A stretch of 64,000 bases of DNA from Sphingomonadales bacterium (GTDB lineage Bacteria; Pseudomonadota; Alphaproteobacteria; CAZZKF01): positions 1,817 to 65,816 of the forward strand of contig JBHHWG010000005.1 of NCBI GenBank assembly GCA_046756385.1, written 5' to 3'. The notes beneath the pieces are model-generated. The model did no database searches. It was not told the DNA's origin and worked only from the letters and a program-made list of their open reading frames with translations. Positions 42,724-53,613 of this stretch are shown here, piece after piece. The translations under genes and the position numbers were made by a program. Every line of letters begins with the position of its first letter. Position 1 is the first letter of the stretch.

Positions 42724-43647
42724 ATGAACTGGCTTACAAATTACGTTCGGCCGAAATTGCGCGCCGTATTGGGTAACCGCAAGGAGACGCCTGAAAACTT
42801 GTGGGACAAATGCCAGAAATGCGGGCAGATGATCTACCACAAGGAGTTCAAGGCCAATTTGCATGTTTGCGGGCATTGCGGACACCATCACCGCATCGGC
42901 CCCGAGCTTCGCCTCGCGTCACTGTTCGACGCCGGCCAATATCGGTCGATCGAACTGCCGGAGGTTCCGTCCGATCCCCTGAAGTTTCGCGATCAGAAAC
43001 GGTATGCCGATCGCTTGAAGGAAAATCGCGCCAAGACCGGGCAAAACGACGCCCTGAATGTCGCGTTCGGCACGATGGGCGGAAACCCGGTGGTCATGGC
43101 GGTTCAGAATTTCGCGTTCATGGCGGGTTCAATGGGCGCCGGCCTGGGCGAGGCCTTCGTTGCCGCCGCCCGCCATGCGGTGAAAAAAAAGGCGGCCTTT
43201 ATCGTCATCACGGCGGCAGGCGGCGCGCGAATGCAGGAAGGCATCCTGTCATTGATGCAAATGCCGCGAACCACGGTTGCGGTGCAGATGGTGCGCGATG
43301 CCGGTCTGCCTTATCTCGTGGTCCTGACTGATCCGACCACTGGCGGGGTGACGGCTTCCTACGCCATGCTCGGGGATGTTCAGATTTCCGAGCCCGGTGC
43401 GCTGATCGGCTTTGCCGGCCCCCGGGTGATTGAAAATACCATTCGTGAGAATCTTCCCGAGGGATTTCAGCGCGCCGAATATCTTCTGGAACACGGCATG
43501 CTCGACATGGTGGTTCACCGGTCGGAGCTTCGCGACACCCTTACCCGAATCATCGATCTGCTGACCAGGCCGACGCTGTCCGACCGCGTGCCGACTCCGT
43601 TGCTGGGAAATCCTGGCGGAAGGAGCCGCGCAGCGACCAATGCCTGA
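42724..43647 (+). CDS. accD: acetyl-CoA carboxylase carboxyltransferase beta subunit
   Basis: N-terminal zinc ribbon [13 protein letters not shown]...CGHCGHHHR plus carboxyltransferase domain. Confidence 0.9.
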   Translation: MNWLTNYVRPKLRAVLGNRKETPENLWDKCQKCGQMIYHKEFKANLHVCGHCGHHHRIGPELRLASLFDAGQYRSIELPEVPSDPLKFRDQKRYADRLKENRAKTGQNDALNVAFGTMGGNPVVMAVQNFAFMAGSMGAGLGEAFVAAARHAVKKKAAFIVITAAGGARMQEGILSLMQMPRTTVAVQMVRDAGLPYLVVLTDPTTGGVTASYAMLGDVQISEPGALIGFAGPRVIENTIRENLPEGFQRAEYLLEHGMLDMVVHRSELRDTLTRIIDLLTRPTLSDRVPTPLLGNPGGRSRAATNA

Positions 43648-44950
43648 TCACGGCCGTCGTCGGGGCAGCAGCGATCGGATCCTTGAGCGGCTGATCGGCC
43701 TTCACCCGAAACTTATCGACCTGTCCCTGGACCGGATCGCCGAACTGCTGGCGCGACTCGGGTCGCCCGAGCGCGCGCTGGCGCCGGTGATTCATGTCGC
43801 CGGCACCAACGGCAAAGGCTCAACCATCGCCTTCATGCGCGCCATTCTGGAGGCTGCGGGAAAAGCCGTTCAGGCTTATATTTCGCCCCATCTGGTGCGG
43901 TTTCACGAACGGATCCGGCTCACTGGCGGACTGATCGATGAGGCGGGCCTTTGCGCCCTGCTCGAAGAATGCGAGGCCGCCAATCAGGGCGAGGCGATCA
44001 CCTATTTCGAAATCACGACGGCGGCGGCCTTCCTCGCCTTCTCGCGCCAGCCGGCCGATGCGCTCTTGCTTGAGGTCGGTCTCGGCGGCCGCTTCGACGC
44101 CACCAATATCGTCGCCGCGCCGAAGGTTTGCGTGATCACGCCGGTCAGCGCCGATCACCAACAGTTTCTGGGCCACGGTTTGGCGGCTATCGCCGGCGAA
44201 AAGGCCGGAATTATCAAACCTGGCGTGCCGGTCGTGGTCGGCCCCCAGGACCCCTCTGTCCTGACGGTCATCAAGGATAAGGCCAGGCAAGTCGGGGCGC
44301 CGGTATTTGCCGAGGGGGAGGACTGGCGGGTCCAGCCGGCCGAGGGCGGACGGTTTCGATATCGCGACAGCCGGGGCGAGCTGGAGCTTGCCTCGCCGTC
44401 GCTCCGTGGCGCTCACCAGATGTGGAATGCGGGCCTGGCGATTGCGGCTCTGCGCCATTTCCCTTCTTGTGAACCGGACCCAAAGGCCATCGCCGCCGGC
44501 CTTGGCACGGCGGCGTGGCCGGGCCGATTGCAGCGGCTTGAGGAAGGCCCATTGCCAAGCCTGCTGCCCGAAGGGTCAGAACTTTGGCTCGACGGCGGGC
44601 ACAACCCGGCAGCGGCGGAAATTCTTTGCGCGTATTTTAGGGATAAAAAGCCGCTTCATCTCATTGTCGGCATGATGGCGAGCAAAAGCGTCAATGATTT
44701 CCTGGCGCCGTTCCAGCCGCTCGTCGTAACCCTTCATGCCGTCGCGATCCCCGGTGAGAAGGGCTGTATCCCGCCCTCGGATCTGGTTGCGATCGCTTCC
44801 CACCAGGGCATTTCGGCTCGCTCGTCGGACGGCGTCGAAAGCGCGTTGGCCGAGATTGCCGCTAATTGTAACGCGTGCGCGCCGCCGACCGTGGTCATTT
44901 GCGGGTCGCTTTATCTTGCCGGCACTGTGTTGCGGCTGCAGGGGGCCTGA
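43640..44950 (+). CDS. folC: bifunctional folylpolyglutamate synthase / dihydrofolate synthase
   Basis: [12 protein letters not shown]-loop and Mur-ligase central and C-terminal domains. Confidence 0.85.
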   Translation: MPDHGRRRGSSDRILERLIGLHPKLIDLSLDRIAELLARLGSPERALAPVIHVAGTNGKGSTIAFMRAILEAAGKAVQAYISPHLVRFHERIRLTGGLIDEAGLCALLEECEAANQGEAITYFEITTAAAFLAFSRQPADALLLEVGLGGRFDATNIVAAPKVCVITPVSADHQQFLGHGLAAIAGEKAGIIKPGVPVVVGPQDPSVLTVIKDKARQVGAPVFAEGEDWRVQPAEGGRFRYRDSRGELELASPSLRGAHQMWNAGLAIAALRHFPSCEPDPKAIAAGLGTAAWPGRLQRLEEGPLPSLLPEGSELWLDGGHNPAAAEILCAYFRDKKPLHLIVGMMASKSVNDFLAPFQPLVVTLHAVAIPGEKGCIPPSDLVAIASHQGISARSSDGVESALAEIAANCNACAPPTVVICGSLYLAGTVLRLQGA

Positions 44951-44954
44951 ACGA

Positions 44955-44995
44955 AAAAGGGCAAGCGCCGTGTCCCGGCGCCTGCCCTTCCAGAG
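44955..44995. terminator. bidirectional hairpin between convergent folC and trxA
   Basis: AAGGGCAAGCGCCG-tgtc-CCGGCGCCTGCCCTT near-perfect inverted repeat. Confidence 0.4.
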
Positions 44996-45002
44996 CACTC
45001 AA

Positions 45003-45323
45003 TCAGACAGCGCTGTTGATCCACTCCACAATTTTGCTTTTCGGCATGGCGCCGACCTTTGTGGCCGCCAACTCGCCGTTCTTGAACAGCAACAGGGTGG
45101 GGATGCTGCGCACGCCAAAGCGCGACGGGGCCTGCGGATTTTCATCGATATTGACTTTGGCCACGGTCAGCTTGCCGCTCATTTCCGCCGCGATCTCTTC
45201 GAGCGCCGGACCGATCTGCTTGCAAGGGCCGCACCATTCCGCCCAAAAATCCACGAGCACGGCGCCGTCGGCGTTCAAAACATCGGTTTCAAAACTTTGG
45301 TCTGTTACAGCAATAGTAGCCAT
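45003..45323 (-). CDS. trxA: thioredoxin
   Basis: WAEWCGPCK active site; 106 aa. Confidence 0.95.
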   Translation of the reverse strand: MATIAVTDQSFETDVLNADGAVLVDFWAEWCGPCKQIGPALEEIAAEMSGKLTVAKVNIDENPQAPSRFGVRSIPTLLLFKNGELAATKVGAMPKSKIVEWINSAV

Positions 45324-45408
45324 TTCATTTCCTGATAATCGTTGGGTTTAGAGAGACGCGGGAGGGCGGTCACTTTCAGCGTCAATGTAGGAACCGCTCC
45401 GACATCCG

Positions 45409-48400
45409 TCAAGCGGTGGCCATGGCGATCATCTCAGCCCAACCGCGAACCAGTGCGTTTTCGGGCAGGATCATCAACTGTGGCTGGTCGGTCCATAACA
45501 GCGCGCAGCGTATTTCCTTGTCGGGATATATCTGACGCAAAATGGCCCAATAGGCCGCCATCTGCCGCAAATATACCGGCGGAATTTCGTCAACATTTCG
45601 CGGCGGCATACGGTTGGTTTTGAAGTCCACGACCAGGACCTCGCGATCCATGACCGCAAGCCTGTCGACCTGGCCGGACACCGGCAATCCGTCCGCCACT
45701 CCGATCACAGGAACCTCGGCGCGGCTGCCGGGCGCGAAAACCGGGGCGAAGTCCGGCGCGTTCAGGACGCCGAGCGCGCCCGAAATTATCCGATCGATGT
45801 CGCCCGGTTTCAGGCCATGGCCGCGCTGTCCGAGCAACCGTCTCGCCGCGTCCTCCCTTTGATCGCGCTCAAGACCCGGCAGCGATTGCAGAAGCCGATG
45901 GGTAATCGTGCCGATGCGATAGGGCGGGTATTTGCCAGTGGTCAGCGGGCTTCGAGCCGGGGGTTCCGTCCCGCCCGGCTTGGACGGGATGAGCGCCATG
46001 GGGTAGCGTGGCTCGGCCGGCGCGGGGCGGGTGGTCCAGTCAGGAAGATCGGGCGACGGTGCGCCGGATTCAGTTCTCGGGGCGGTTTCCTTGAGGGCCG
46101 CGGTTTGCTCTGTCCGGAACCGCAAAAAAGGGCCGCCGTCGCCAGAAACTGTTTCAAGGCCCGGCAAGTCGGGCAGGGCGCTGGCAATCAGGTCGTACCA
46201 GCAGACTTCGTCTTTGCCCTTTGAAGTTTCCCAGCCTGAAATATAGAGCCGGTCTTCCGCGCGGGTCAGGGCGACATAGAGCAGACGCCGATACTCCCGC
46301 ATGCGCTCTACATCCCGCGCGTTTCGGGCGCGCCCGATAATGCCGACCTCGTTGTCCTTCTTCAGCGTCCAGATGGGAAGGGGAATGGTGCCGTCGTCGA
46401 TCCACAGCAGGTGAGACCGCGACCTCGGGACCTGACAGGTATCGGGCAGCATCACGATTGGCGCTTGCAAGCCCTTCGCGCCGTGAACCGTCATGATCCG
46501 GACCTCGTCGCGGCCCTGCTCCATGTCCCGCTTGATTTCCGCCTCCCCGGCCTCGACCCAATGCAAAAACCCCTCCAGTGACGGCGGATGAAGACGTTGA
46601 TATTCCAGCGCGAGCGACAGGAATTCGTCGATCGGGTCGCTCGCCTCAGGGCCCAGGCGAGCCATCAGCTTCCGCCGCCCGTCGCGCCGCGTCAGCAGGT
46701 CGGCAAAGAATTCATATGGCGCCAGGCCGCCGGGCCGCCCCAACAAATTCGACAGAAACGCCGCCGCCTGCTCAAATCGTGGACCGTCGCCTGTTCTTTG
46801 CCGGAGCTCCCGCCACAGGGTCGACCGGCGGCCGCGGGCAAGCGCGAACAGCGCGTCGTCGTCAAGGCCCACCAGGGGTCCCTTGAGGACGATGGCGAGG
46901 TTCAGATCATCGTCCGGCAGCAGGACAAACCGGCCCAGCGCGATCAGGTCCATCACCGCGATCTGTTGGGTCAACTTCATGCGATCGGCCCCGGAGACCG
47001 GAATGCCGCGAGCCTTGAAGGCCGATACGAGCTGGTTGACGAACGCGGTGCGTCTGCGAACCAGGATCATGATGTCGCCGGGGCGCACCGGCCGCCCGCG
47101 CGCCTCCAGCATCTCCTTGTTTTCCAGCCAGTATTTTATTTGATCGGCGATGCGGCCCGCCAATCTGGCGGGGGGGTCGTCGCTGCTGTGCTGGGTGACC
47201 GGCGCGGCCCAGTCGTCCTCGCCCTCACCGCCGTCCAACGGCTTCTCGGTGGGCCACATTTCGACCAGTCCCGCATGGCCGTTCCGGTGGGCGTCATGGT
47301 CAATCGGCTCGCCGGTGAACATGAGGCCGTCGGCAGCCGCCGGATTGTAAAAGACCTGATCAACCAGATTGAGCACGGCCTCGGTGGAGCGGAAAGACAC
47401 CTTCAGCTCGACATTGCGAAATTTAAGCCTGGCTTCCCGCACCCGATTTCGGAAATGCCCGCGCCATTGTTCGAAGGCCTCCGGGTCGGCCCGCTGGAAA
47501 CCGTAAATCGATTGTTTGGCGTCGCCCACGGCGAAGATCGTGCGGTGCTGGTCCCGGGCGCCTTCGCCGGCGAAAAATTCCTCCGCCAGCACTGTCACCA
47601 CCTGCCATTGTTCGGGATTGGTATCCTGCGCCTCATCGACCAGGATGTGGTCGATGCCGCCATCGAGCTTATAAAGCACCCAGGACGCGGTGCTGCCCTC
47701 GCTCAGCAGGTCGCGGGCTCTCAATATCAGGTCGTCATAGTCGAGGGCGGCATGGCGGTCCTTGATGGCTTGATAGGCATCCGAAATCTTGACGGCGAGC
47801 AACATCAGCGCCGCACTGGCCTCCGCGACCCGCGCCAGCCGGCGCTGATGGTTGACCGTTTGCAGGCGTTCCGCCTCGTCGGTCAACGCCACGAGGGCAT
47901 CGGGATTTCGCGCCGCCGCGGCCTTGGTGATCAGGGTCTTTTTCGGGACGCCCTTCTTGGTGAGGAATTCCGCCTGATAGCGTTGGAAGTCCCGCTCCCG
48001 TGTTCCGGGCGACGCCAGCCAGTCGGCCACCACCTGCCCGCGCCGTTGATCGGTCTTGCCGCCGCCAGCCAGCGTGCCGGCCGCCGCGCGCAGACGGTCG
48101 GCGTCGAAAAAGCCGTCGGAACAGGCTTCCGCAAGGATGGCTTCCTCGGTGTCGGTGAGGCCGAGCCCAAATTCCTGCCGCAGTTTGGCCACCGCGACAT
48201 CAATCCCATGGATCCCGGACAATCTCTCCAGCTTGCCGCGCTCCTTGAGAATGTCGGCCAGCAAGGCAAGAAAATCCCGCTCGTCACTATGACGGGAGAT
48301 CACGGACAGGGCGTGGGCCAGGCGGTCGTCGCCGGAATTGGTCCGGGCCGCATCCAGAACGGCCTCGGTGGCCTCGCGCAAATATTCGGCGGCCGTGCGT

Positions 48401-48825
48401 TCGTCGATCGCCTTGAAATGGGGCGTGATACCGGCCTCTAACGGAAAGCGCCCCAGCAGCGACTGGCAAAAGGAATGAATGGTCTGGATCTTGAGCCCGC
48501 CGGGCACGTCGAGGACATGGGCGAACAACCGCCGGGCATGGGCCAGCGTCTTGCTGTCGCAGTCCCCGGCGAGCGCGGCCACTTGCCGGGTCAGCTCTGG
48601 ATCGGACATCTGCGACCACTTGCCCAGGCGCTCGTAAATCCGATTGGCCATTTCGGCGGCGGCGGCCTTGGTGAAGGTCAGACATAAAATAGCCTGGGGA
48701 CGGGCCCCCGCCAGCATCAGGGACAGCACCCGGTTCGTGAGCACATGGGTCTTGCCGGTCCCGGCCGAGGCCGACACCCATGCCGAAACAAATGGATCCG
48801 ATGCTTGTCTTTGCTGATAGGTCAT
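45409..48825 (-). CDS. addA: double-strand break repair helicase AddA
   Basis: UvrD-like helicase motifs (ASAGTGKTHVL) and a C-terminal PD-(D/E)xK nuclease; 1138 aa. Confidence 0.9.
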   Translation of the reverse strand: MTYQQRQASDPFVSAWVSASAGTGKTHVLTNRVLSLMLAGARPQAILCLTFTKAAAAEMANRIYERLGKWSQMSDPELTRQVAALAGDCDSKTLAHARRLFAHVLDVPGGLKIQTIHSFCQSLLGRFPLEAGITPHFKAIDERTAAEYLREATEAVLDAARTNSGDDRLAHALSVISRHSDERDFLALLADILKERGKLERLSGIHGIDVAVAKLRQEFGLGLTDTEEAILAEACSDGFFDADRLRAAAGTLAGGGKTDQRRGQVVADWLASPGTRERDFQRYQAEFLTKKGVPKKTLITKAAAARNPDALVALTDEAERLQTVNHQRRLARVAEASAALMLLAVKISDAYQAIKDRHAALDYDDLILRARDLLSEGSTASWVLYKLDGGIDHILVDEAQDTNPEQWQVVTVLAEEFFAGEGARDQHRTIFAVGDAKQSIYGFQRADPEAFEQWRGHFRNRVREARLKFRNVELKVSFRSTEAVLNLVDQVFYNPAAADGLMFTGEPIDHDAHRNGHAGLVEMWPTEKPLDGGEGEDDWAAPVTQHSSDDPPARLAGRIADQIKYWLENKEMLEARGRPVRPGDIMILVRRRTAFVNQLVSAFKARGIPVSGADRMKLTQQIAVMDLIALGRFVLLPDDDLNLAIVLKGPLVGLDDDALFALARGRRSTLWRELRQRTGDGPRFEQAAAFLSNLLGRPGGLAPYEFFADLLTRRDGRRKLMARLGPEASDPIDEFLSLALEYQRLHPPSLEGFLHWVEAGEAEIKRDMEQGRDEVRIMTVHGAKGLQAPIVMLPDTCQVPRSRSHLLWIDDGTIPLPIWTLKKDNEVGIIGRARNARDVERMREYRRLLYVALTRAEDRLYISGWETSKGKDEVCWYDLIASALPDLPGLETVSGDGGPFLRFRTEQTAALKETAPRTESGAPSPDLPDWTTRPAPAEPRYPMALIPSKPGGTEPPARSPLTTGKYPPYRIGTITHRLLQSLPGLERDQREDAARRLLGQRGHGLKPGDIDRIISGALGVLNAPDFAPVFAPGSRAEVPVIGVADGLPVSGQVDRLAVMDREVLVVDFKTNRMPPRNVDEIPPVYLRQMAAYWAILRQIYPDKEIRCALLWTDQPQLMILPENALVRGWAEMIAMATA

Positions 48826-51800
48826 TCATCCTGCCCGGCTGGCGTGGACCATTCCTTGACCCGCGCGAGATGATCGTATTCCCCGTAGCCCGCATGCGCG
48901 GGCCGCGGGACCGAAAGATAAGGCGTTTCCGGCCGCTCGAATTCCGCGGCCAACCGGATCAGGCCTTCACGCGCCTCTTGCGCCAGTTCCCCGATATCCA
49001 GATTGACCGGTTTGATCTCCGCCACCGGATCCTGTCCCCTGAGCCGCCAGAACGCCAGCTCCGCAACCGGCTGAGCGGCGATGCCCTCGAACCCTCCTTC
49101 GGCCGCCAGCAGCGCCTCCAGCGGCAATTGGGGGGCGAATCCGGCCTTGATCTGCTTGACCGTCGGCGTGCCCCCGGTCTTGTAGTCAATGATCGCAAGT
49201 CCGCCGGCCGCCAGCCGGTCGATGCGATCCGCCTTTGCCCGCAGCCTGAACGTGCCGCCCGGCAGGTCGAGCGGGATCTCGCCCGAGACTTCTGTCGCCA
49301 CCGGCCGGGCGTCGGGGCGGCGCGCGCGTTCGTGATCGACGAACCAGGCCGCGATTCGGCAAAATCTTGGCCACCAGAATGACCAGACCGACGGTCGCTG
49401 TAATGCTTCGCCGAAAGCGTCATGACCGTGCTGGATCAGACGCTGCAAGGCATCGGCCGGAAGGTGATCCGGGTAGGCGCGAATGAAACTGTCCAGTGCC
49501 TGGTGGATGAATGTGCCGTGCTCGGCCGCTCCCGGATCGGCATCCATGGGATCGAGCGGCTTGAGATTCAGAATATGCCGGGCGTAGAGGGCATAAGGGT
49601 CCCGCATCCAGGTCTCGACCTGGGTCACCGACAATGTTCGCGGGCGCGCCGCGACCGGGGGTCTTGGCCGCGGCGGCGCGACCGGGTGGATCGCCGCCGG
49701 CCGGTCGAGTTCGGCAAGCCAGTCGAGCCACGGCTCGGCCGGGGTCAAGGACTGGTCCAGCAGATTATGCAGCCGTTGCAGCCAGCGCGACGGCACCGTG
49801 GGCGTGCCATCGACTTTTTCGGCCCGTGTCATCACCACCCGAGGCGCATTGACAGCCTGTGCGAAATCATGTGCGGCGAGCCCGATTCGGCGTTCCGGCG
49901 ACGGCAAGCCAAACTCCGCGCGCATCGGCCGGCTAAGCCACGGGTCAGCGCCCGCATCGGCGGGCCAACTACCTTCGTTGAGGCTGCCGAGGATCAGCAG
50001 GTCGGCGCGCTGAAGCCGCGCTTCCAGTGGCCCCCATATGTTGAGGCGTGGATGCAGGCCGTGGCGCGGGCGGACCACATGGCCGGTCATGAGCCGATCG
50101 AGGAGCGCCGGATAGCTGCGTCCCGCCATTTCGGGAAGGCAGTCGGCGGCCTCGGCCAGCTCGGCGAAAAACCGGGCCGCGACCCGCCCGGCCTCCCCGG
50201 CCCATAATTGGCTGTCCCCCGTGGGGGCGTCGCTGGCGGCAAGTTGCTCGGCTACCGCGACGTGATGATGAACCAGCGTTGCGAGCGACACTTCGCCGCG
50301 GTCCATGCTGGTGGAAAAAGGCTCAACCATGGCGGCGAGACCGGAAAGCCAGTCGTCAAGATCGCCATCGTTTGAGCCACCGTTCGCACGCAGGGCGCGC
50401 AACAGCCCGTCAAGACCCGGCGCCGGTCGGGGACCCCGCAGCAACTTGATCTCCAGCCGCCTTGTCATGCTGAGACATATCTCCCGGCCGCCCATCCCGG
50501 TGGCCAGGGGATGCTTGAGAAAGCTCAGCAGTGTCGCCGGAGCCGCCTTGTCGCCGATCATGTTCGCGAGCAGCCGCATGAAAGTTCCGGGGGGCGTCTC
50601 GGCCAACGGCTCCCCGGCCGAATCATCGATTTCGATGTTCCAGCGCCGCAGCTCGGCGGCGACGCGGCGACCAAGTTTGCGATCCGGCGTCACCAAGGCC
50701 GCGGTCCGGCCCGCGGTCTCGAGTGCGCGGCGCATCATCAACGCAATCACGCCAGCCTCTTCGCGCGGCGTCGGCACGTCAATCCGCTCCAGCCCGGCGA
50801 CCGCCATCGGGTCGGTGGTCTCGATCCGTCTCCAGGCGTCGGTCGTCGCCGCCGGTCGCAACGCCTCTGAGATCAAAGCCGATCGTGCCGGATGGCTGGC
50901 GGCGACGGGCGACCCCTTCGCGACAAGCGGCCATTCCCGCACATCGTCGCGGCTGGCGCTAATGCGATCAAGAAGCTGCTTCATGCCGAATTGCGAATGG
51001 GTCGGGTCCAGCGCCCGCCAGCTTGCGGCGTCCATTTCGAGGTCGAGACCGGGCAAAATGACGGCCCCTTGGGGCAGGCGGGCGATCGTGCCCAGCAATC
51101 GGGCCGTGGCCGGGATGCTGCCGGTCGATCCCGCGGCGATGATCGCCTCCCGGGGCGGATTTCGCCGCCAGATCCCGGTTTGGTGCTCAAGCAGCCGATT
51201 GCGCCGCGTCGCGGCGTCAAGCAGCCCGTGATCGTCGAGGATCGCCGGCCAATATTCGGAGACGATGGCGAGAAAATCCAGAATCTTCTGCCAGTGCGCG
51301 GCATAAGTCGCGGGCGCCAGATCGACCAGGCGATCGAATGACAGTCCTTCGGTCTGAACCTGATCAATGAGTCGCGCCAGTTCCTGGGCCAGCGCCGCGG
51401 CCTGGGCGACATCGCGACGAGACGGATCGTCCGCCGTGGCAGGCAACCGGCTGATGAGGCGGGTCAGCAACAATTGCCGGCGCAGCGGCTCGATTGCAGG
51501 CGGCGGATCGATATCGAGGTCTGCTGAAATCCCGGTGTTTGCGAGAATCATTTCCTCTTCATCGATATCGCCGATGGCCCGGATCGTGGGGAGCAACATC
51601 GAACGGCCGTCTCCCGTGCGCATGCCCGCGCGCATGCCCGCGCGCATGAAGGCATCGCGCAGCGCACGGGTGGCGCGGCGTGTCGGCACCAGAATCGTGG
51701 CGCGGGAAAGCGCCAGCGGCTCGTCGCCAAAGCGCGCCAACAGGCCGGCGGCCAGCGCATCGGTGAATGCGAACCGGGCGGCGATGGTGTAGATGGTCGG

Positions 51801-51827
51801 CTTGCCGGCGTCCCCCCGGCCGGTCAT
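48822..51827 (-). CDS. addB: double-strand break repair protein AddB
   Basis: Alphaproteobacterial AddB architecture, overlapping the addA start; likely ATG at 51827. Confidence 0.85.
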   Translation of the reverse strand: MTGRGDAGKPTIYTIAARFAFTDALAAGLLARFGDEPLALSRATILVPTRRATRALRDAFMRAGMRAGMRTGDGRSMLLPTIRAIGDIDEEEMILANTGISADLDIDPPPAIEPLRRQLLLTRLISRLPATADDPSRRDVAQAAALAQELARLIDQVQTEGLSFDRLVDLAPATYAAHWQKILDFLAIVSEYWPAILDDHGLLDAATRRNRLLEHQTGIWRRNPPREAIIAAGSTGSIPATARLLGTIARLPQGAVILPGLDLEMDAASWRALDPTHSQFGMKQLLDRISASRDDVREWPLVAKGSPVAASHPARSALISEALRPAATTDAWRRIETTDPMAVAGLERIDVPTPREEAGVIALMMRRALETAGRTAALVTPDRKLGRRVAAELRRWNIEIDDSAGEPLAETPPGTFMRLLANMIGDKAAPATLLSFLKHPLATGMGGREICLSMTRRLEIKLLRGPRPAPGLDGLLRALRANGGSNDGDLDDWLSGLAAMVEPFSTSMDRGEVSLATLVHHHVAVAEQLAASDAPTGDSQLWAGEAGRVAARFFAELAEAADCLPEMAGRSYPALLDRLMTGHVVRPRHGLHPRLNIWGPLEARLQRADLLILGSLNEGSWPADAGADPWLSRPMRAEFGLPSPERRIGLAAHDFAQAVNAPRVVMTRAEKVDGTPTVPSRWLQRLHNLLDQSLTPAEPWLDWLAELDRPAAIHPVAPPRPRPPVAARPRTLSVTQVETWMRDPYALYARHILNLKPLDPMDADPGAAEHGTFIHQALDSFIRAYPDHLPADALQRLIQHGHDAFGEALQRPSVWSFWWPRFCRIAAWFVDHERARRPDARPVATEVSGEIPLDLPGGTFRLRAKADRIDRLAAGGLAIIDYKTGGTPTVKQIKAGFAPQLPLEALLAAEGGFEGIAAQPVAELAFWRLRGQDPVAEIKPVNLDIGELAQEAREGLIRLAAEFERPETPYLSVPRPAHAGYGEYDHLARVKEWSTPAGQDE

Positions 51828-52567
51828 GGGGGACCGCCCGCGCTTTTGAGGATACGCGCCGCGGGCGCGATGGATTCGGGCGCGCCGACATGCAGCCAAA
51901 GGCCTTCATGACGGCTCCCAAACAGGCGATTGCGCCCCTGGGCGCGGTCATAGAGGAGATTAAGGGAAAACGGCCCGTCCGGCGTGTTTACGAAACTGCG
52001 TTCATCGAGAATCTGGATGCCGCCAAACAAATAGGGGGCGACCCGGCTCTCGGCCTTGCGCGTCAAATGGCCGTCGGCGGTCATGGTGAAGTCGCCGGTT
52101 CCGTCATAGCCCACCGCGCCGACCGTCGGGACCATGAGCAGCAGCGCATCCATGACCTCCGGGTCCCAGCGGGCCGCCATTTGGAGCAGTGTGTTCTGAA
52201 CTCCGTCGAGCCAGATCACGTCGCTGTTGATGACGAAAAACGGTTGGCCCTCGAACCGGTCGAGCGCCGCCCGCACCCCGCCCCCGGTTTCGAGCAACAA
52301 TTCCGTCTCGTCGGAAAATTGAATGGCCGGGCCCGCTTCTCGTGACGCCAGATGGGACTTCAACAGGCTGGCCTTGTAATGCAGATTGACCACAATCTGT
52401 TTGATCCCCGCGTCCGCCAGCCTGTCGATCGCCCGATCAATGAGGGAGCGGCCATCCACTTCGATCATCGCCTTGGGCCGATCGTCGGTCAGGGGCCGCA
52501 TACGAAGCCCCAGGCCCGCCGCCAGGACCATTGCGCGGCTGGGTATCAAGCCGGGCCGCCGGGTCAT
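51824..52567 (-). CDS. nucleotidyltransferase, MurU-like (N-acetylmuramate alpha-1-phosphate uridylyltransferase family)
   Basis: AMVLAAGLGLRMRPLTDDRPKAMIEV, a G1P-nucleotidyltransferase motif; paired with an AmgK-like kinase. Confidence 0.7.
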   Translation of the reverse strand: MTRRPGLIPSRAMVLAAGLGLRMRPLTDDRPKAMIEVDGRSLIDRAIDRLADAGIKQIVVNLHYKASLLKSHLASREAGPAIQFSDETELLLETGGGVRAALDRFEGQPFFVINSDVIWLDGVQNTLLQMAARWDPEVMDALLLMVPTVGAVGYDGTGDFTMTADGHLTRKAESRVAPYLFGGIQILDERSFVNTPDGPFSLNLLYDRAQGRNRLFGSRHEGLWLHVGAPESIAPAARILKSAGGPP

Positions 52568-53613
52568 CGGATCATTCCTTCCTTCAGTTTATTTCCCCGG
52601 ATCGCGCGGGGAACATGGCGGTCGAACCATTTCCGGGCGGGTGTCAGTGCCGGATGCTCCAGGTCGCGCTCCAGCAGTCCCCAGACCCGGCCAATCAGGT
52701 CGAGATAGGCCGATTTGCCGTCGCGCCGCCACAGCCGTGTAAAAATGCCGATGATCTTGGTGTTGCGCTGGGCGCCAAGCAGGTGATAGGCGCCGATGAA
52801 CCATGTCGCGTCGAATGCCGGGTCAGCGGCTTTGGCGGCGGCCTGGTAACGCGCGATCATGGCGCTTTCCAGTGCCGGGGGCACGTCCCGCCGGGCGTCC
52901 TGCAGCAGGGACACCAGATCGTAGGCGGGACAGCCGATCACCGCATCCTGAAAATCCAGCAGCCCGACCCGGTCGAGGCCGGTTCGCCCCGGCAGCCACA
53001 TCAGATTATCGGCGTGATAATCGCGCAGAACGAGAACGGATCGACCGAGTTCCGCGTCGGCAAACAGAGCCCGCCACATATTTTCGAACGCGGTGCGCAG
53101 GGCCGGCGCGGTGCCCTGACCGGTTAGCGCCGGCAAATACCAGTCGATAAACAGCCTGGCTTCACCCAGAAGAGCCGATTCGTCATAAGCCGGCATGTCG
53201 AAATGCAAGTGGTCCCTTATCGGCAGGCGAGATGGCGGCTGGTGGCGGTGCAGATCGACCAGCACATCGACCGCCGCCTCGTAAAGCGCTTTTTCGCCGG
53301 GTTCCCGGCCGCTCGACAGCAAGGCCGTGAACCTGTCGTCGCCCAGGTCTTCGAGAAGGAGGAAACCCTCATCGATATCGGCCGCCAGAATTCCCGGGCT
53401 GCTGTAGCCAAGCGCCGCCAGATGGTTGGCGACGGCGATGAATGGCCGCACATCCTCGTGCTCGGGCGGGGCGTCCATCAACACGGCGCGCGCCGGGCCC
53501 TGAAGGCGGAAATAACGGCGGAACGAAGCATCGCCGGCCAGCGGTGCGACGCCGGCGCCCCCCCAGCCGTGGCGCTTCAGAAAATCCGCGATCCGCTCCC
53601 TGCGCCCGGTCAT
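52564..53613 (-). CDS. aminoglycoside-phosphotransferase-fold kinase, AmgK-like (anomeric MurNAc/GlcNAc kinase)
   Basis: APH-fold motifs (DYHADNLMW Brenner-like, LLDFQD); the pair with the MurU-like gene suggests peptidoglycan recycling. Confidence 0.7.
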   Translation of the reverse strand: MTGRRERIADFLKRHGWGGAGVAPLAGDASFRRYFRLQGPARAVLMDAPPEHEDVRPFIAVANHLAALGYSSPGILAADIDEGFLLLEDLGDDRFTALLSSGREPGEKALYEAAVDVLVDLHRHQPPSRLPIRDHLHFDMPAYDESALLGEARLFIDWYLPALTGQGTAPALRTAFENMWRALFADAELGRSVLVLRDYHADNLMWLPGRTGLDRVGLLDFQDAVIGCPAYDLVSLLQDARRDVPPALESAMIARYQAAAKAADPAFDATWFIGAYHLLGAQRNTKIIGIFTRLWRRDGKSAYLDLIGRVWGLLERDLEHPALTPARKWFDRHVPRAIRGNKLKEGMIR